From Kiritimatiellia bacterium (GTDB lineage: Bacteria; Verrucomicrobiota; Kiritimatiellia; RFP12; UBA1067): a stretch of 64,000 nt of DNA. Both the position numbers and the translations under genes were made by a program. Numbering within the stretch: position 1 is the stretch's first letter; every line of letters begins with the position of its first letter. The notes beneath the pieces are model-generated. The model saw nothing but the letters and a program-made list of their open reading frames with translations. It had not been told where the DNA came from and searched no databases. The stretch is taken from assembly GCA_050949565.1 (NCBI GenBank), contig JBMNFY010000010.1:288001-352000 (forward strand). Reading direction: 5' to 3'. Below, in pieces: positions 11,314 through 21,200 of this stretch.

Positions 11314-11904
11314 TCATTTGATGGTGATCCGTGTGGCGTCCGGGGCGGACATGATGGTGATGCGCTCCTGCGGCGCGTCCGCGCCGCGCGCGGTGACGCG
11401 CAGGGTGTCCCAGGTTCCGGGGTGCAGCCACTCCGGCAGGGGCGGCGGGGGGAGCCCCGCGAAGGCGACCGCGCCGTCGCGGTCGGTGAAGGCCGGGGGC
11501 AGGCAGTCGCCTGCGGCGGTGACGCGGATGAGGGCGGTGAGCCTCTGCGTGCCGTTGGACGAGGCGGCGGGGACGGCGTGGCGGGCGCGCAGGCCGCGCG
11601 GCGACAGGAACCACCCGCCGCGATCCCATCCGATGGCGAGGTCGGTCTCGCCCGCATCGAGCGCGCCGTCCGCCGGGGCGGTATCGCGGCCCAGGCAGAC
11701 CTGGACGTGGTTGGAGGGCGTGGCCTCGAAGACAAGCTCGAGGCGGAAGACGCGCGGGCCGTCGGGACCGGCGGCGGGCAGGGCGTGCGTCGCCGACACC
11801 TCGCGGTCGGCGGTCGCGGGCCCCGGCAGGGGCTGCACCTCCAGAGTGGCGGCACCCGCCGCCAGCGCGGCTGCGGCAATGGCAATAGCGATGTTGTGTT
11901 TCAT
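11314..11904 (-). CDS. Small secreted protein upstream of Rhs (unknown function)
   Basis: MKHNIAIAIAAAALAAGA signal peptide; high GC like the Rhs gene, co-oriented with it. Confidence 0.7.
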   Translation of the reverse strand: MKHNIAIAIAAAALAAGAATLEVQPLPGPATADREVSATHALPAAGPDGPRVFRLELVFEATPSNHVQVCLGRDTAPADGALDAGETDLAIGWDRGGWFLSPRGLRARHAVPAASSNGTQRLTALIRVTAAGDCLPPAFTDRDGAVAFAGLPPPPLPEWLHPGTWDTLRVTARGADAPQERITIMSAPDATRITIK

Positions 11905-12110
11905 CTCGTTCTCCTCGCGCGGCTTCTCGGTCTCCGGTCCTCTCTTGCCACCCGCCGGGCGGTCCTCGTTCGCGCACGGCTCACCACTATCGCTTGGCAG
12001 CAACGCCGCACCCCATCGTTGAGTGCATTGTATACTCACTGGCAGATAGAACGCAAGGCGAAAAAAGCCAACTGTCGCGGTGAAAACAAAACGCTTCGTT
12101 GGCTTTCCAC

Positions 12111-12139
12111 TTGACAGCACCCTGCCTATAGGCAAATAT
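12111..12139 (+). promoter_or_regulatory. Putative sigma70 promoter with palindromic operator
   Basis: TTGACA at 12111-12116, 17-nt spacer, weak -10 AAATAT at 12134-12139; perfect palindrome TGCCTATAGGCA at 12123-12134; ATG at 12146 with no SD. Confidence 0.55.
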
Positions 12140-12145
12140 ATGCAC

Positions 12146-13561
12146 ATGACAAAAGCAGAAACACAGGACGCAGTGCTTTACAGCACCGCCCAAGTTGCGG
12201 AAAAAGCGGGCGTTCACCGCGACACGCTTCTTCGCTGGCTCCGGGATGGCAAAGTGCCAGAGCCTAAAAGGGATGTGCGCGGTTGGCGTGTGTTTACAGA
12301 GATGGAGGCCGTTGCTATCGCGAATCGACTTCATGTCGGGGGGCAAGCTGATGGCCCGACGACTCAGGATTTTGGTTTTCTTCAGGGTATTAGCAGACTA
12401 CAGGAGTTAGACTGGGACTTCCTGAATGCAAAGACCGACTACCTGACACACGGTCTTCACCCTTACCCGGCGAAATACATTCCCCAAATACCTAATGCCC
12501 TGATTCAAGAGCTGTCCTCGGTTGAAGAAACCGTTGCGGACATTTTTTGCGGTAGCGGAACAACCCTTGTTGAGGCGCTGACTCTTAAGCGCCATGCGGT
12601 TGGTATTGATGCGAATCCTCTCGCTTGTCTCATAAGTGAGGCGAAGACAACGCGGCCTGTTGCGAGCGACGAGGCGCTCCTCCGCTCACTTGTTGACCGT
12701 GCTCAATCAATGGCGGAAACCCTTGCTACTGTCGACTCTGACTCGTTATTCCGTGAACCGCATTTCATAAGTCTGGCACCGAGGCCCCACGATGATTCGT
12801 TGCTCGCCTGGTTCGATGCGCCCGTTGTTGAAGAACTGGCCGAAGTACTTTCTTGGTGCGATGCTCTCCCAACCCAAACCAGTCGCACTTTGGCCTTAGC
12901 GGCATTTTCCGCGATTGTGGTTGCCGTCTCTAAGCAGGACTCTGATACACGGTACGTGCGTAGGGACAAGAATCTCAAGGCAGGCGACACGTTCAAACGA
13001 TTCGCCCGTTCTCTTGATTCTGCCGTGCGCGGTGTCATAGAGTTCGCCAAATTGGTTGAACCGCGATTCAACTGTCGGGTTCTCAACACAAGTGTTTTGA
13101 ACTGCCCCGACATTGGGGTCATTGATGCAGTCGTGTGCTCTCCTCCGTATCCCAATGCATGGAGCTATCATCTCTACCACCGTACCCGGATGTTATGGCT
13201 TGGGATGAACCAGTCTAAGTTCAAGGTTGAGGAGATCGGCAGCCATCGCAAGTACAGTCGAAAGCAACCCACGGCTGAAAAGATTCTTGCCTTCAGGGTA
13301 GAGATGGCAACGCTATTTGAGTGGTTGTCTCTTCATCTTCGAGCGGGACGATATGCCGCTTTTGTGATCGGCGATTCGATCATTGACGGCAAGCTTGTGA
13401 GCAATGCTGACATCCTTGCAGAGGTCGCCGATAGTTTTGGCTTCCGCGAAGTAGCCCGGATAAATCGAAATATCCAGGCGACAAAAAAGGCTTTCAACCC
13501 GAAGATCGGTAAGATTAAGCAGGAGCAGATATTAATACTCCAGAACAGGAAGGTTTACTGA
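12146..13561 (+). CDS. MerR/Xis-like HTH fused to an amino-DNA methyltransferase (SPPY type, likely m4C)
   Basis: N-terminal YSTAQVAEKAGVHRDTLLRWLRDG..RDVRGWRVFT; motif X HGLHPYPAKY, motif I DIFCGSGTT, motif IV CSPPY. Confidence 0.88.
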   Translation: MTKAETQDAVLYSTAQVAEKAGVHRDTLLRWLRDGKVPEPKRDVRGWRVFTEMEAVAIANRLHVGGQADGPTTQDFGFLQGISRLQELDWDFLNAKTDYLTHGLHPYPAKYIPQIPNALIQELSSVEETVADIFCGSGTTLVEALTLKRHAVGIDANPLACLISEAKTTRPVASDEALLRSLVDRAQSMAETLATVDSDSLFREPHFISLAPRPHDDSLLAWFDAPVVEELAEVLSWCDALPTQTSRTLALAAFSAIVVAVSKQDSDTRYVRRDKNLKAGDTFKRFARSLDSAVRGVIEFAKLVEPRFNCRVLNTSVLNCPDIGVIDAVVCSPPYPNAWSYHLYHRTRMLWLGMNQSKFKVEEIGSHRKYSRKQPTAEKILAFRVEMATLFEWLSLHLRAGRYAAFVIGDSIIDGKLVSNADILAEVADSFGFREVARINRNIQATKKAFNPKIGKIKQEQILILQNRKVY

Positions 13562-13563
13562 AA

Positions 13564-15171
13564 ATGAGTAAGAAGATAATTTGCCGGATGAAGCCGTATA
13601 TTCAACCTTTTGAGCGACACTTGGCTGTGGCTGAGTTGAGCGCTTTGTCTGGAGTCGGTTTGTCGTTGGATGACGCTCAGGGCACCAACTTTGAAATCAC
13701 GACAGAGACTTCAGGCCAGACACTTGCCAGCCTACTGTCCTACTATGAATATGTTCAGGATGGTGCTAAAGGGTTTGTCACTAGTCAGGTGTTGCGGGAA
13801 GCAACGCTTTACTTTGCCCGTAACGGTATCTCTTTGCAGGACATCAGGAAGCAGTTTCCGGCAAAAGGGGATGTTACAATGCCGAATAGGCGTTGCCTTC
13901 GATATGGAACGCATGGGATTCATGAGTACCGTGGTAAGTTTTTTCCACAGTTGGTTCGATCACTAATCAACATAGCGCAGGTTCCTTCCAGTGGCATCGT
14001 GGCCGATCCAATGTGTGGTAGCGGTACTACGCTTGTAGAAGGAGTCCTTGCGGGGCGTCAAACCATCGGTCTCGACATGAATCCCCTGTCAGTGTTTATG
14101 TCACGTGTTAAGTGCGAGATGCTGCGGGTCAAGCCCGAATCGCTGGAAGAGCACTATAACAGAGTACGCGATGAATTGTTGCAATTACGGCCACGGTCGG
14201 TCGCAAAGCGACTGGAATACTTTCGGACGCTCGAACAGAAGGACCAAGACTATCTCAAGCGGTGGTTCGCTCCTCAAGTTCTAGAAGATCTGGACGTGAT
14301 AGCCGGTCATATAGCGGTTGTTGAGGAGACAAACTTACGCGACTTCATGCGATTGGTGCTGAGTAATATTATCCGGCGGGTGTCATGGCAGAAAGAGGAT
14401 GATTTGAGGATCAGGAAAGAAATCAGAACCGACATAGAGATCGATCCAATCCGAGAGTTCCTAGAAGAACTTGGGCGTTCTGTGCGGATAGTGATGGGGT
14501 TTCTTTGCCAGATTCGAGGAACGCGCTTAGGGGATGCGCAAGTTGCGGAAGGAGATGCCAAACAGATGTGTAAACATTGGCATGACCTTGCCGGAAAAGT
14601 TGACGCTGTAATAACGTCGCCGCCGTACGCTACCGCTTTACCGTATCTCGATACTGACAGATTGAGCTTGTTGTATCTCGGACTGCTACCACGAGAAGCA
14701 CATCGTGGTCGCGACAAGGAGATGATCGGTAATCGCGAGATCAGCGAAGGGATTCGACGAGAGTACCTTGAAAGGTTCCGCAAGGAAGGGAAGCTGCTCC
14801 CCAAGTCTGTTACGCGACTCATCGGCAAGATAGACCAGCTTAACGCAGGAGGCAGTGTTGGCTTCCGCCGTAGGAATCTGCCGGCACTACTCGCAAAGTA
14901 CTTCCTCGATATGAGGACGGTCCTTGCTGGCATTGCGCACATTCTTCGACCAGAGGCGCCAGCCTTCGTGGTTGTGGGGGACAATCATACAATTGCCGGT
15001 GGCCAACGGGTGGATATTGAGACTGCGGGGCTTCTGGCAGAGATTGCCCGGACGGTGGGGCTTGAAGAGGGGAATCACCTGCCAATGGAGATGCTGGTGT
15101 CGCGTGACATCTTCCGACGTAACGCCGTCGCCTCGGAAACCATCCTCGAATTCAGGAAGCCAGGTCAGTAG
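13564..15171 (+). CDS. Second amino-DNA methyltransferase (SPPY type, likely m4C)
   Basis: HGIHEYRGKFFP, DPMCGSGTT, TSPPY; starts 2 nt after the first MTase. Confidence 0.88.
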   Translation: MSKKIICRMKPYIQPFERHLAVAELSALSGVGLSLDDAQGTNFEITTETSGQTLASLLSYYEYVQDGAKGFVTSQVLREATLYFARNGISLQDIRKQFPAKGDVTMPNRRCLRYGTHGIHEYRGKFFPQLVRSLINIAQVPSSGIVADPMCGSGTTLVEGVLAGRQTIGLDMNPLSVFMSRVKCEMLRVKPESLEEHYNRVRDELLQLRPRSVAKRLEYFRTLEQKDQDYLKRWFAPQVLEDLDVIAGHIAVVEETNLRDFMRLVLSNIIRRVSWQKEDDLRIRKEIRTDIEIDPIREFLEELGRSVRIVMGFLCQIRGTRLGDAQVAEGDAKQMCKHWHDLAGKVDAVITSPPYATALPYLDTDRLSLLYLGLLPREAHRGRDKEMIGNREISEGIRREYLERFRKEGKLLPKSVTRLIGKIDQLNAGGSVGFRRRNLPALLAKYFLDMRTVLAGIAHILRPEAPAFVVVGDNHTIAGGQRVDIETAGLLAEIARTVGLEEGNHLPMEMLVSRDIFRRNAVASETILEFRKPGQ

Positions 15172-16367
15172 TAGTCCCAGAGCTTGTTCGACCTGCCCTT
15201 GGTCCTGTTCACACAGAAGGCGAGGTAGTGGCGGTGTTCTTGCGTTCCTTGGGGCACTATGTGGGCTAGGTAGTCGAAGCCAATGGTTGCATCCGCCTTC
15301 TCAAGACGCAAGATATCCCCAATGCTTCCGGCGCTTCGCAGGGCTTCACTTCGCAGGCGGAAGTCGTGCTTATCCGGCCAAGTCATCATGTTGACTTCGA
15401 TGACCTTCGTTCCAAGCCACATCTTGACCCCCGGCCGGTCCATCTTGCCTAGCTTGGCCGGGTCTGGGGCAAATAGAGACGGCCAGCCCCAGAAGTCGGG
15501 GGCATAATCGCGTGCTGCAAGCGGAATGAACACCTCGGGGGACCGGCGCGATGTTCCAGCGGTGACTTGACCAACGCCGATATCGGTCTGCTGTAGAGTC
15601 ATCAGGAATCCGGTCGCTGCAACAGCTTGCGGAGGCTGGACTGCTGGCGGCTGTCCGGTGCCGGAAGGTTCACGGAACGGCGTGGGGCCGGGCCACATCA
15701 CGGCGGCAGGAGCCTTTCCCACTGGCCTCGCGGAGAAAATGGGCATCCATTTACCTGGCTTCGTCCGTGCTGGTGATGCCTTCGCAGCTTGGGCTCTGGC
15801 AGCTTGGCGCTCCGTGACGATGTAGCCTTGGTCAAGGAGCTTCTCGATCAACGCAATGTCCACTCGCTTCGCCATGCCGGTTGACGGATCGCACCATGCG
15901 TTAAGTGTGCTCTCGAACTGCGTAATCAGCTTGCGGTGATCTGGTGACGAGGGGACGAGTCTCAGCAACATCGCCACCTCATAGTTCGTGTAGATGCCGC
16001 CTTCGGTGAGGTTACCCGATCCGATGGCTACGTCCGCACGCCCATCTTTCGCCTTGAAGAAATACAGTTTCGGGTGAAATGTAACACCGGCTTCATTGTG
16101 ATAAACCCATATCTCTCCGTTTACCCCTGCGCAATCAAGGAGAGCTTTTAGACCTTCCGCTGTAGTGCCACCGAAGTCCACACCAACGCACAACTGGACA
16201 CGCCCACGTTTTGCGAAATCGGCAAGCGGGGCGGCAATATGGCGGACCCCGGAATACTTCACAAAGGCCACTCCGGCACGGAATTCCGTCCAACCCGAAT
16301 CCGAGAGATGGCTTAGAAGGAAATCACCCAAGCGAATGGGGCCTTCTGGTTGCAATATCATATCCAT
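15165..16367 (-). CDS. PLD-family restriction endonuclease, BfiI-like (Type IIS)
   Basis: Single HxK motif FHPKLY..GSGNLT..NYE; C-terminal DFRLRSEALR..GDILRL..DY..IVPQGTQEH resembles, from memory, the R.BfiI DNA-binding domain; convergent with two MTases. Confidence 0.8.
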   Translation of the reverse strand: MDMILQPEGPIRLGDFLLSHLSDSGWTEFRAGVAFVKYSGVRHIAAPLADFAKRGRVQLCVGVDFGGTTAEGLKALLDCAGVNGEIWVYHNEAGVTFHPKLYFFKAKDGRADVAIGSGNLTEGGIYTNYEVAMLLRLVPSSPDHRKLITQFESTLNAWCDPSTGMAKRVDIALIEKLLDQGYIVTERQAARAQAAKASPARTKPGKWMPIFSARPVGKAPAAVMWPGPTPFREPSGTGQPPAVQPPQAVAATGFLMTLQQTDIGVGQVTAGTSRRSPEVFIPLAARDYAPDFWGWPSLFAPDPAKLGKMDRPGVKMWLGTKVIEVNMMTWPDKHDFRLRSEALRSAGSIGDILRLEKADATIGFDYLAHIVPQGTQEHRHYLAFCVNRTKGRSNKLWDYY

Positions 16368-16515
16368 GTGCTTTGCCTCCTAGTAGTCTCCCTTATTGGG
16401 CGCTTTGTATCCAATCCTATGGAGGTTTGCAACCCTTTTTTGATTTGCATTTTATTGTGGGTGTGTGTCAGATTCGTGATGGCAAAGGCGGCCATGACCA
16501 GCTATAATTCAAACT

Positions 16516-18165
16516 GAGGCTCTTGCAAAACCCCCTCGTGACATGGGCGTCCCGCCCATGAAACACGGGCAGGATGCCCGTGCCACGCCTGCACGCAAGG
16601 GATTTTGCAGGATTTTCTGACGAAGAGGCGCAGCGGTTGCTGAAAAACGGACGCGACAGGGCGTTTTTCCCGTTTTTCGGATGTTTCCGGGCAGACCCCG
16701 GCGCCTCCGCCCGGTCGCGGGCGGGTTTTCAGGGAGGGCAGTCTGCCGCGGGGCCGGTCAGGGAAGCATTCTGAGCATCTGCTCGGCGGCGATGACCAGC
16801 AGCCCGAAGGCCAGATGCGCCGCCACCTTCGCCGGGCCGCGCACCCGGACGTTCCGTCCGCCGTGCTCTTCGTGCAGATGGCTGTTGACGCGCTCGACGG
16901 CCGTGCGTTCGTGGTAGCGCCGGGCTTCCGCCGGGGAGAACTCGATCTTCTCGCCCCGGCGCGGGTTGTGGTCGATGAGCGCCACGTGCCCCAGCCGCGC
17001 CGACATCTCGCGGATCTCCTTGGCGTCGTAGGCGGCGTCGGCCAGATCATAGAGGTTGACGATCCGTCCGGCGGTCATCTGCGCCAGCGGGATGGCGGCC
17101 TGGCTGTCGTGCAGGCTGGCGGAAGTGAGTATGAAGCTGACCGGGATATCGCCGTCGATCACGTCCAGATGGGCCTTGTAGCCGCGCCAGCATTCTGTCT
17201 TGCCCTTGCTGTTCTTCTTGCAGCCCCAGTCGCAGGACGCGGGCAGGTCGGCCAGGTTTTCCTTCAAGCCGCGGTTGAGCTGCAGTTGCAGCCGTGTCGG
17301 ATCCGGCGGCGGCGCCGGGGGCTCGCCCTTCCTGCGCCGGCCGCGTTTGCCGCGCTCGGGGGCGGGGGCCGTCTCCGGCTTGGCCGCGGCCTTCTCGCGG
17401 GCGCGGATCGCGGTGGCGTCGCGGCTGACGTGCCCGGCGAGCTTGTCGCCATAGCGGGCCTTGACCATCGCCTCGTGGATTTCCTGCGGGCACCCGTTTT
17501 TGGCGAATTCGGCGAAGGCGCGCGAGAAGGTCGACGCCGAGGGCACTTCGCCGAGCGTCTCCCAGCCGCACAGCCGGCGCAGGGCCGGACGGTGGCGGAT
17601 GGCGTCGATCAGGCCGCTCGTGGTGTCGAAGTTCCAGACGGTCTTGCCTATGAACGCCTTGCACATCGCCAGCCGGTCGCACGGCGGGCAGCCGTTGCCG
17701 CACCAGCGGTAGGCGCCCATGTGATCCTGCGGGGCGCACAGCTCGCAGACCGCGACGAACTGGCGGTGCTTCTCGTCGAGTTCCCCGATCTCGTCCTCCA
17801 GCATCGGGAAGAGCCATGACTGGATGCTGTTCCACAACTGGCCCAGAGGGGGTTGATGTCGCGTTTCCTTCATGCGTTTTTGTCTCCTTTCCGCGTTTGT
17901 TTTTCCGTCCTTACGGATGATGGAGGCATTGTAACATATTGCGCGGCAACAAGATACAACAAAAATCGGGGGGGTAGACAAACACCCCGGAATGTGCGAC
18001 AATACCCCTGTTTGTTTTGGGCGCGGTATGGTGCCGTGCAGAAGGCGACGCGGCGTGGGGCGGAGCGTCATGCCCGGCCGCGCCGGGCGGTGGGATGGTT
18101 CGCTGACAAGACGTCCCGCCCGCAGGCCGTCAGGCGTTGCGGTGTGGGGGTTTTGCAAGAGCCTC
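16516..18165 (-). mobile_element. Intact 1650-bp IS (IS5/IS1182-like DDE)
   Basis: Perfect 20-bp TIR gaggctcttgcaaaaccccc / gggggttttgcaagagcctc; 7-bp target duplication TCAAACT at 16509-16515 and 18166-18172. Confidence 0.92.
16758..17873 (-). CDS. DDE transposase
   Basis: MKETRHQ start; VPSASTFSR, SRDATAI, GYKAHL, SLHDS, LADAAYD, RTAVERVNS. Confidence 0.92.
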   Translation of the reverse strand: MKETRHQPPLGQLWNSIQSWLFPMLEDEIGELDEKHRQFVAVCELCAPQDHMGAYRWCGNGCPPCDRLAMCKAFIGKTVWNFDTTSGLIDAIRHRPALRRLCGWETLGEVPSASTFSRAFAEFAKNGCPQEIHEAMVKARYGDKLAGHVSRDATAIRAREKAAAKPETAPAPERGKRGRRRKGEPPAPPPDPTRLQLQLNRGLKENLADLPASCDWGCKKNSKGKTECWRGYKAHLDVIDGDIPVSFILTSASLHDSQAAIPLAQMTAGRIVNLYDLADAAYDAKEIREMSARLGHVALIDHNPRRGEKIEFSPAEARRYHERTAVERVNSHLHEEHGGRNVRVRGPAKVAAHLAFGLLVIAAEQMLRMLP

Positions 18166-18257
18166 TCAAACTGTAATTGTGAAATTGGCGCAGGGCGCTG
18201 TAGCTTCGTTGCGCGTTATCGCATGGCGGGGCGAACTATTCAGTCAGGGGGAACACC

Positions 18258-21200
18258 ATGGGATATTCTGAGGGTTTTCGTCGTAGTGTGCTCGGGCTCT
18301 GTATCGCTGGCGCGGTGTCGGCGGCATGGTCGCAGACACTCCAGCCGGTGCCGCAGGCCGATGTGGAACGACTGGCCGAGCGGATTCAAGCATGGGATGC
18401 CGCGCGGCCGGCCCGCCCGCGACGCGTGCTGGTCTTTTGGCGGTGCGAGGGGTTTGTCCACGGCAAAGCGCTGGAGTACGGCAATGAGACGCTCAAACTC
18501 GCCACCAAGGCGTTTGCAGCGGACCTGTCGAACGATTACGCGGTCTTCGCGCCCGAAAATCTGGCGAAGTATGATGCGGTTATCCTCAACAATACCACGG
18601 CGCTTGATACCCGTGCGAATCCCTTTATCGAACCCGCTCTGATCGACTATGTGCGGTCCGGCAAGGGCCTGGCCGTGATCCATGCGGGGGCCGATAACTT
18701 CTACAAGGCCGAGCGGGCGGCCGAGATGGTCGGCGGCCGTTTCTGGGGGCATCCGTGGGGTAGCGGCGGGACCTGGGCGTTTAAGCTGGATGAGCCGGGG
18801 CACCCCGTGAACCGTGCGTTCGGCGGCAAGGGAATCTCATTCGGCGACGAGATTTACCAGCAGCAGTCGCCTTTCTATAATCGCGCGAAGTTGCGTGTGT
18901 TGGTTTCGCTCGACATGTCGGACGCCGCGACCGCCGCAGCGAACGGCCAGCGCCGCGAGGATAAGGATTACGCTGTCTCTTGGATCCGCCCCTATGGCAA
19001 AGGGCGCGTCTTCTATACGTCGTTCGGCCATGATCAGCGCGCCTTTCTCGATAAGGCGGTGGTCACGCATATTCTGGACGGTATCCAGTACGCGATCGGC
19101 GATCTCAAAGCGGATGACGCGCCAGCAGGGCTTTCCGACGCTGACCTCGCCCGTGTGCGTGCCGCCTCCGAAGCGAACGTGAACGAGGTCTTTGCGTTTC
19201 TCCAAGACATCGCGGCACACACATTCCACGCGCGCACGGAAGCAGCCAATCGTGCCAAATTGGAGGCATTGCTCAAGGATACGGCGACTTCAGTTCACGG
19301 CAAGCGTGCGATTCTGCGCGTGATGCTGAACATGGGTGCGCCTGAGGATTTGGAGCCGGTTGCGGCCTGTCTGACGCCGCCGGAAACCCGCGACTGGGCT
19401 GCGGCGCTGTTGGCAGGCACGCCCGGTAAAGCGGCTGCCCGATGCTTGACACGGACGTTGCAGAGTCCCGATCCCGCCCTGCGTGTGACCGCGCTGAACG
19501 CATTGGCGATCCGGCGCGATGCCGCAGCCGTCGCTCCCGCCACGGCGGACCGCGATCCCGCTGTGGCCGCCGCTGCGTTCGCCGCGTTGGGGCGTATCGG
19601 CGACACAGATGCGCTGAAGGCACTGGCGAAACCTGCCGCAGCCGCGTACGAACCGGCCCGACTCAGGGCGCTCGCGGCTTGCATCGGCACATTGAGCGAT
19701 CAAGGGCAGGCGCGCGCAACGGTGCGTGCGGCCAAGCCGATCTTTACCGAGACGTCACATCCTGCGGCGGTGCGTGCGGCCGCAGCGCGCGCGCTGTTGT
19801 TGGCCGACAGCCGCTTCTTCGAATTCGGCATCAAAGACGCATCGCCGCTGGTACGCCAAACGGTTATCCGCGCGGCGGACGGCGTGCCGGTCGATGTTCT
19901 GGCGGGTGCGCTCAAGACGGTCGCGCCGTCCGAGCAGGTCATGCTGGCGGCGAAACTTGCGTCGCGCGGCGATGCGTCGGCGGCGGATGCTGTGGCCGCA
20001 TTGCTCACCAGCGATCAGGAGGCGGTGACGGTGGCGGCGCTGCAGACGTTGACGCAACTGGGGGCGGGACGTCATGTGCCGGCAATTGCGGCGCTGATGG
20101 AGCGCGAAGGGACGGTCGGACGCAGTGCGGTTGAGACGTTGCAGGACATGCGGGCCAAGGATGCGGGGGCCGCGTTGTTTGCGCTCGCCGAGCGTGAGCC
20201 GGACCGCCAGATCAAGCTGCTGCCGGTGTTGGGTGAGCGGATGGAATCGGCGTTGTTGCCGCGCTTTGCTCCGTTTGTCTCTTCTGACCGCGCCGAGGTG
20301 CGGCGTGAAGTGTGGAAGGCACTGGGCAAGGCGGCGGATGAGCGGAGTTGTGATACGTTGCTGACGTGGCTGCCGCAAATCCATGCGGATGAGATCAACC
20401 AGGCGGAAGCCGCCGTGCGGGCCGCTGTCAAAAACCTTGAGCCTGCCGCGCGCGCTTCGGCTTTTGTCGCGGCGTGGGGCAAGTCGGGGCCGGCCGCCAA
20501 GCGTGCGCTCGCCGCGCTGATGACCAGCTACAGTGATCCTGCATTTCTGGCACCGCTTACCGGTGCGTTGAACGATCCCGATAAGTCGGTGCGCGAGACG
20601 GCGTCGCGCCAACTGGGCGAGTGGCCGTCGATGGCACCGTTTGCGGCCTTGAGGACGGTAGTCACGATGCCGGGTGACGCGGCCCTCAGGCAGGTTGCGC
20701 TACGCTCGGCGCTCAAGTTGGCCGCTACGCAAGGTGGGGGGGAGGCGCGCAGCCGCTTTATCGAGTTGTTCAAAGCGGCACCGGATGACAAGGGGCGGGA
20801 GAGCGTGGCGGACGCGGTGTTCCGGCGCGACGGCATCGACCTGTTCCCGCTGTTGCGCGGGCTGTTTGACGATGCGGCGTGCGGTGGTGCCGCCAAGGCC
20901 CTGTATTGCCGGTTTTATGACGAAAAGTTGAAGCAGCAGGCCACGCAGCCGTTGCGCGAGATCGCGCCTAATAAGTGGAAGGCAAATGCGTCGCACGGTG
21001 GCCGTGATGCGCCGCGCGCGTTTGACCGCAAGCCTGAGACGCGTTGGACGACCGGGCGCACCTCGGAGAAAGGCATGTGGTTTACGCTGGATCTGGGCGA
21101 AAATGTCTATGTCTCGGAGGTCGTGCTCGACACCGAGCGTTCCGCCAACGACACGCCGAATGGCTATGAGGTCTTTGCTTCGACCGACGGCAAGACGTGG

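Noticed and set aside
101-11321. Long plus-strand and alternate-frame ORFs over the Rhs genes (e.g. 101-1033, 4378-5727, 8577-10607)
   Set aside because: Shadow ORFs caused by high GC3; low-complexity G/A/R/P translations with no motifs
12146-16367. DISARM or BREX defence system
   Set aside because: PLD plus MTases are present, but no helicase, DUF1998, PglZ or ATPase genes; the layout fits BfiI-type R-M
17874-18158. 95-aa N-terminal extension of the transposase ORF
   Set aside because: Runs through the IS end and TIR; transposase-like sequence begins at MKETRHQ (17873)
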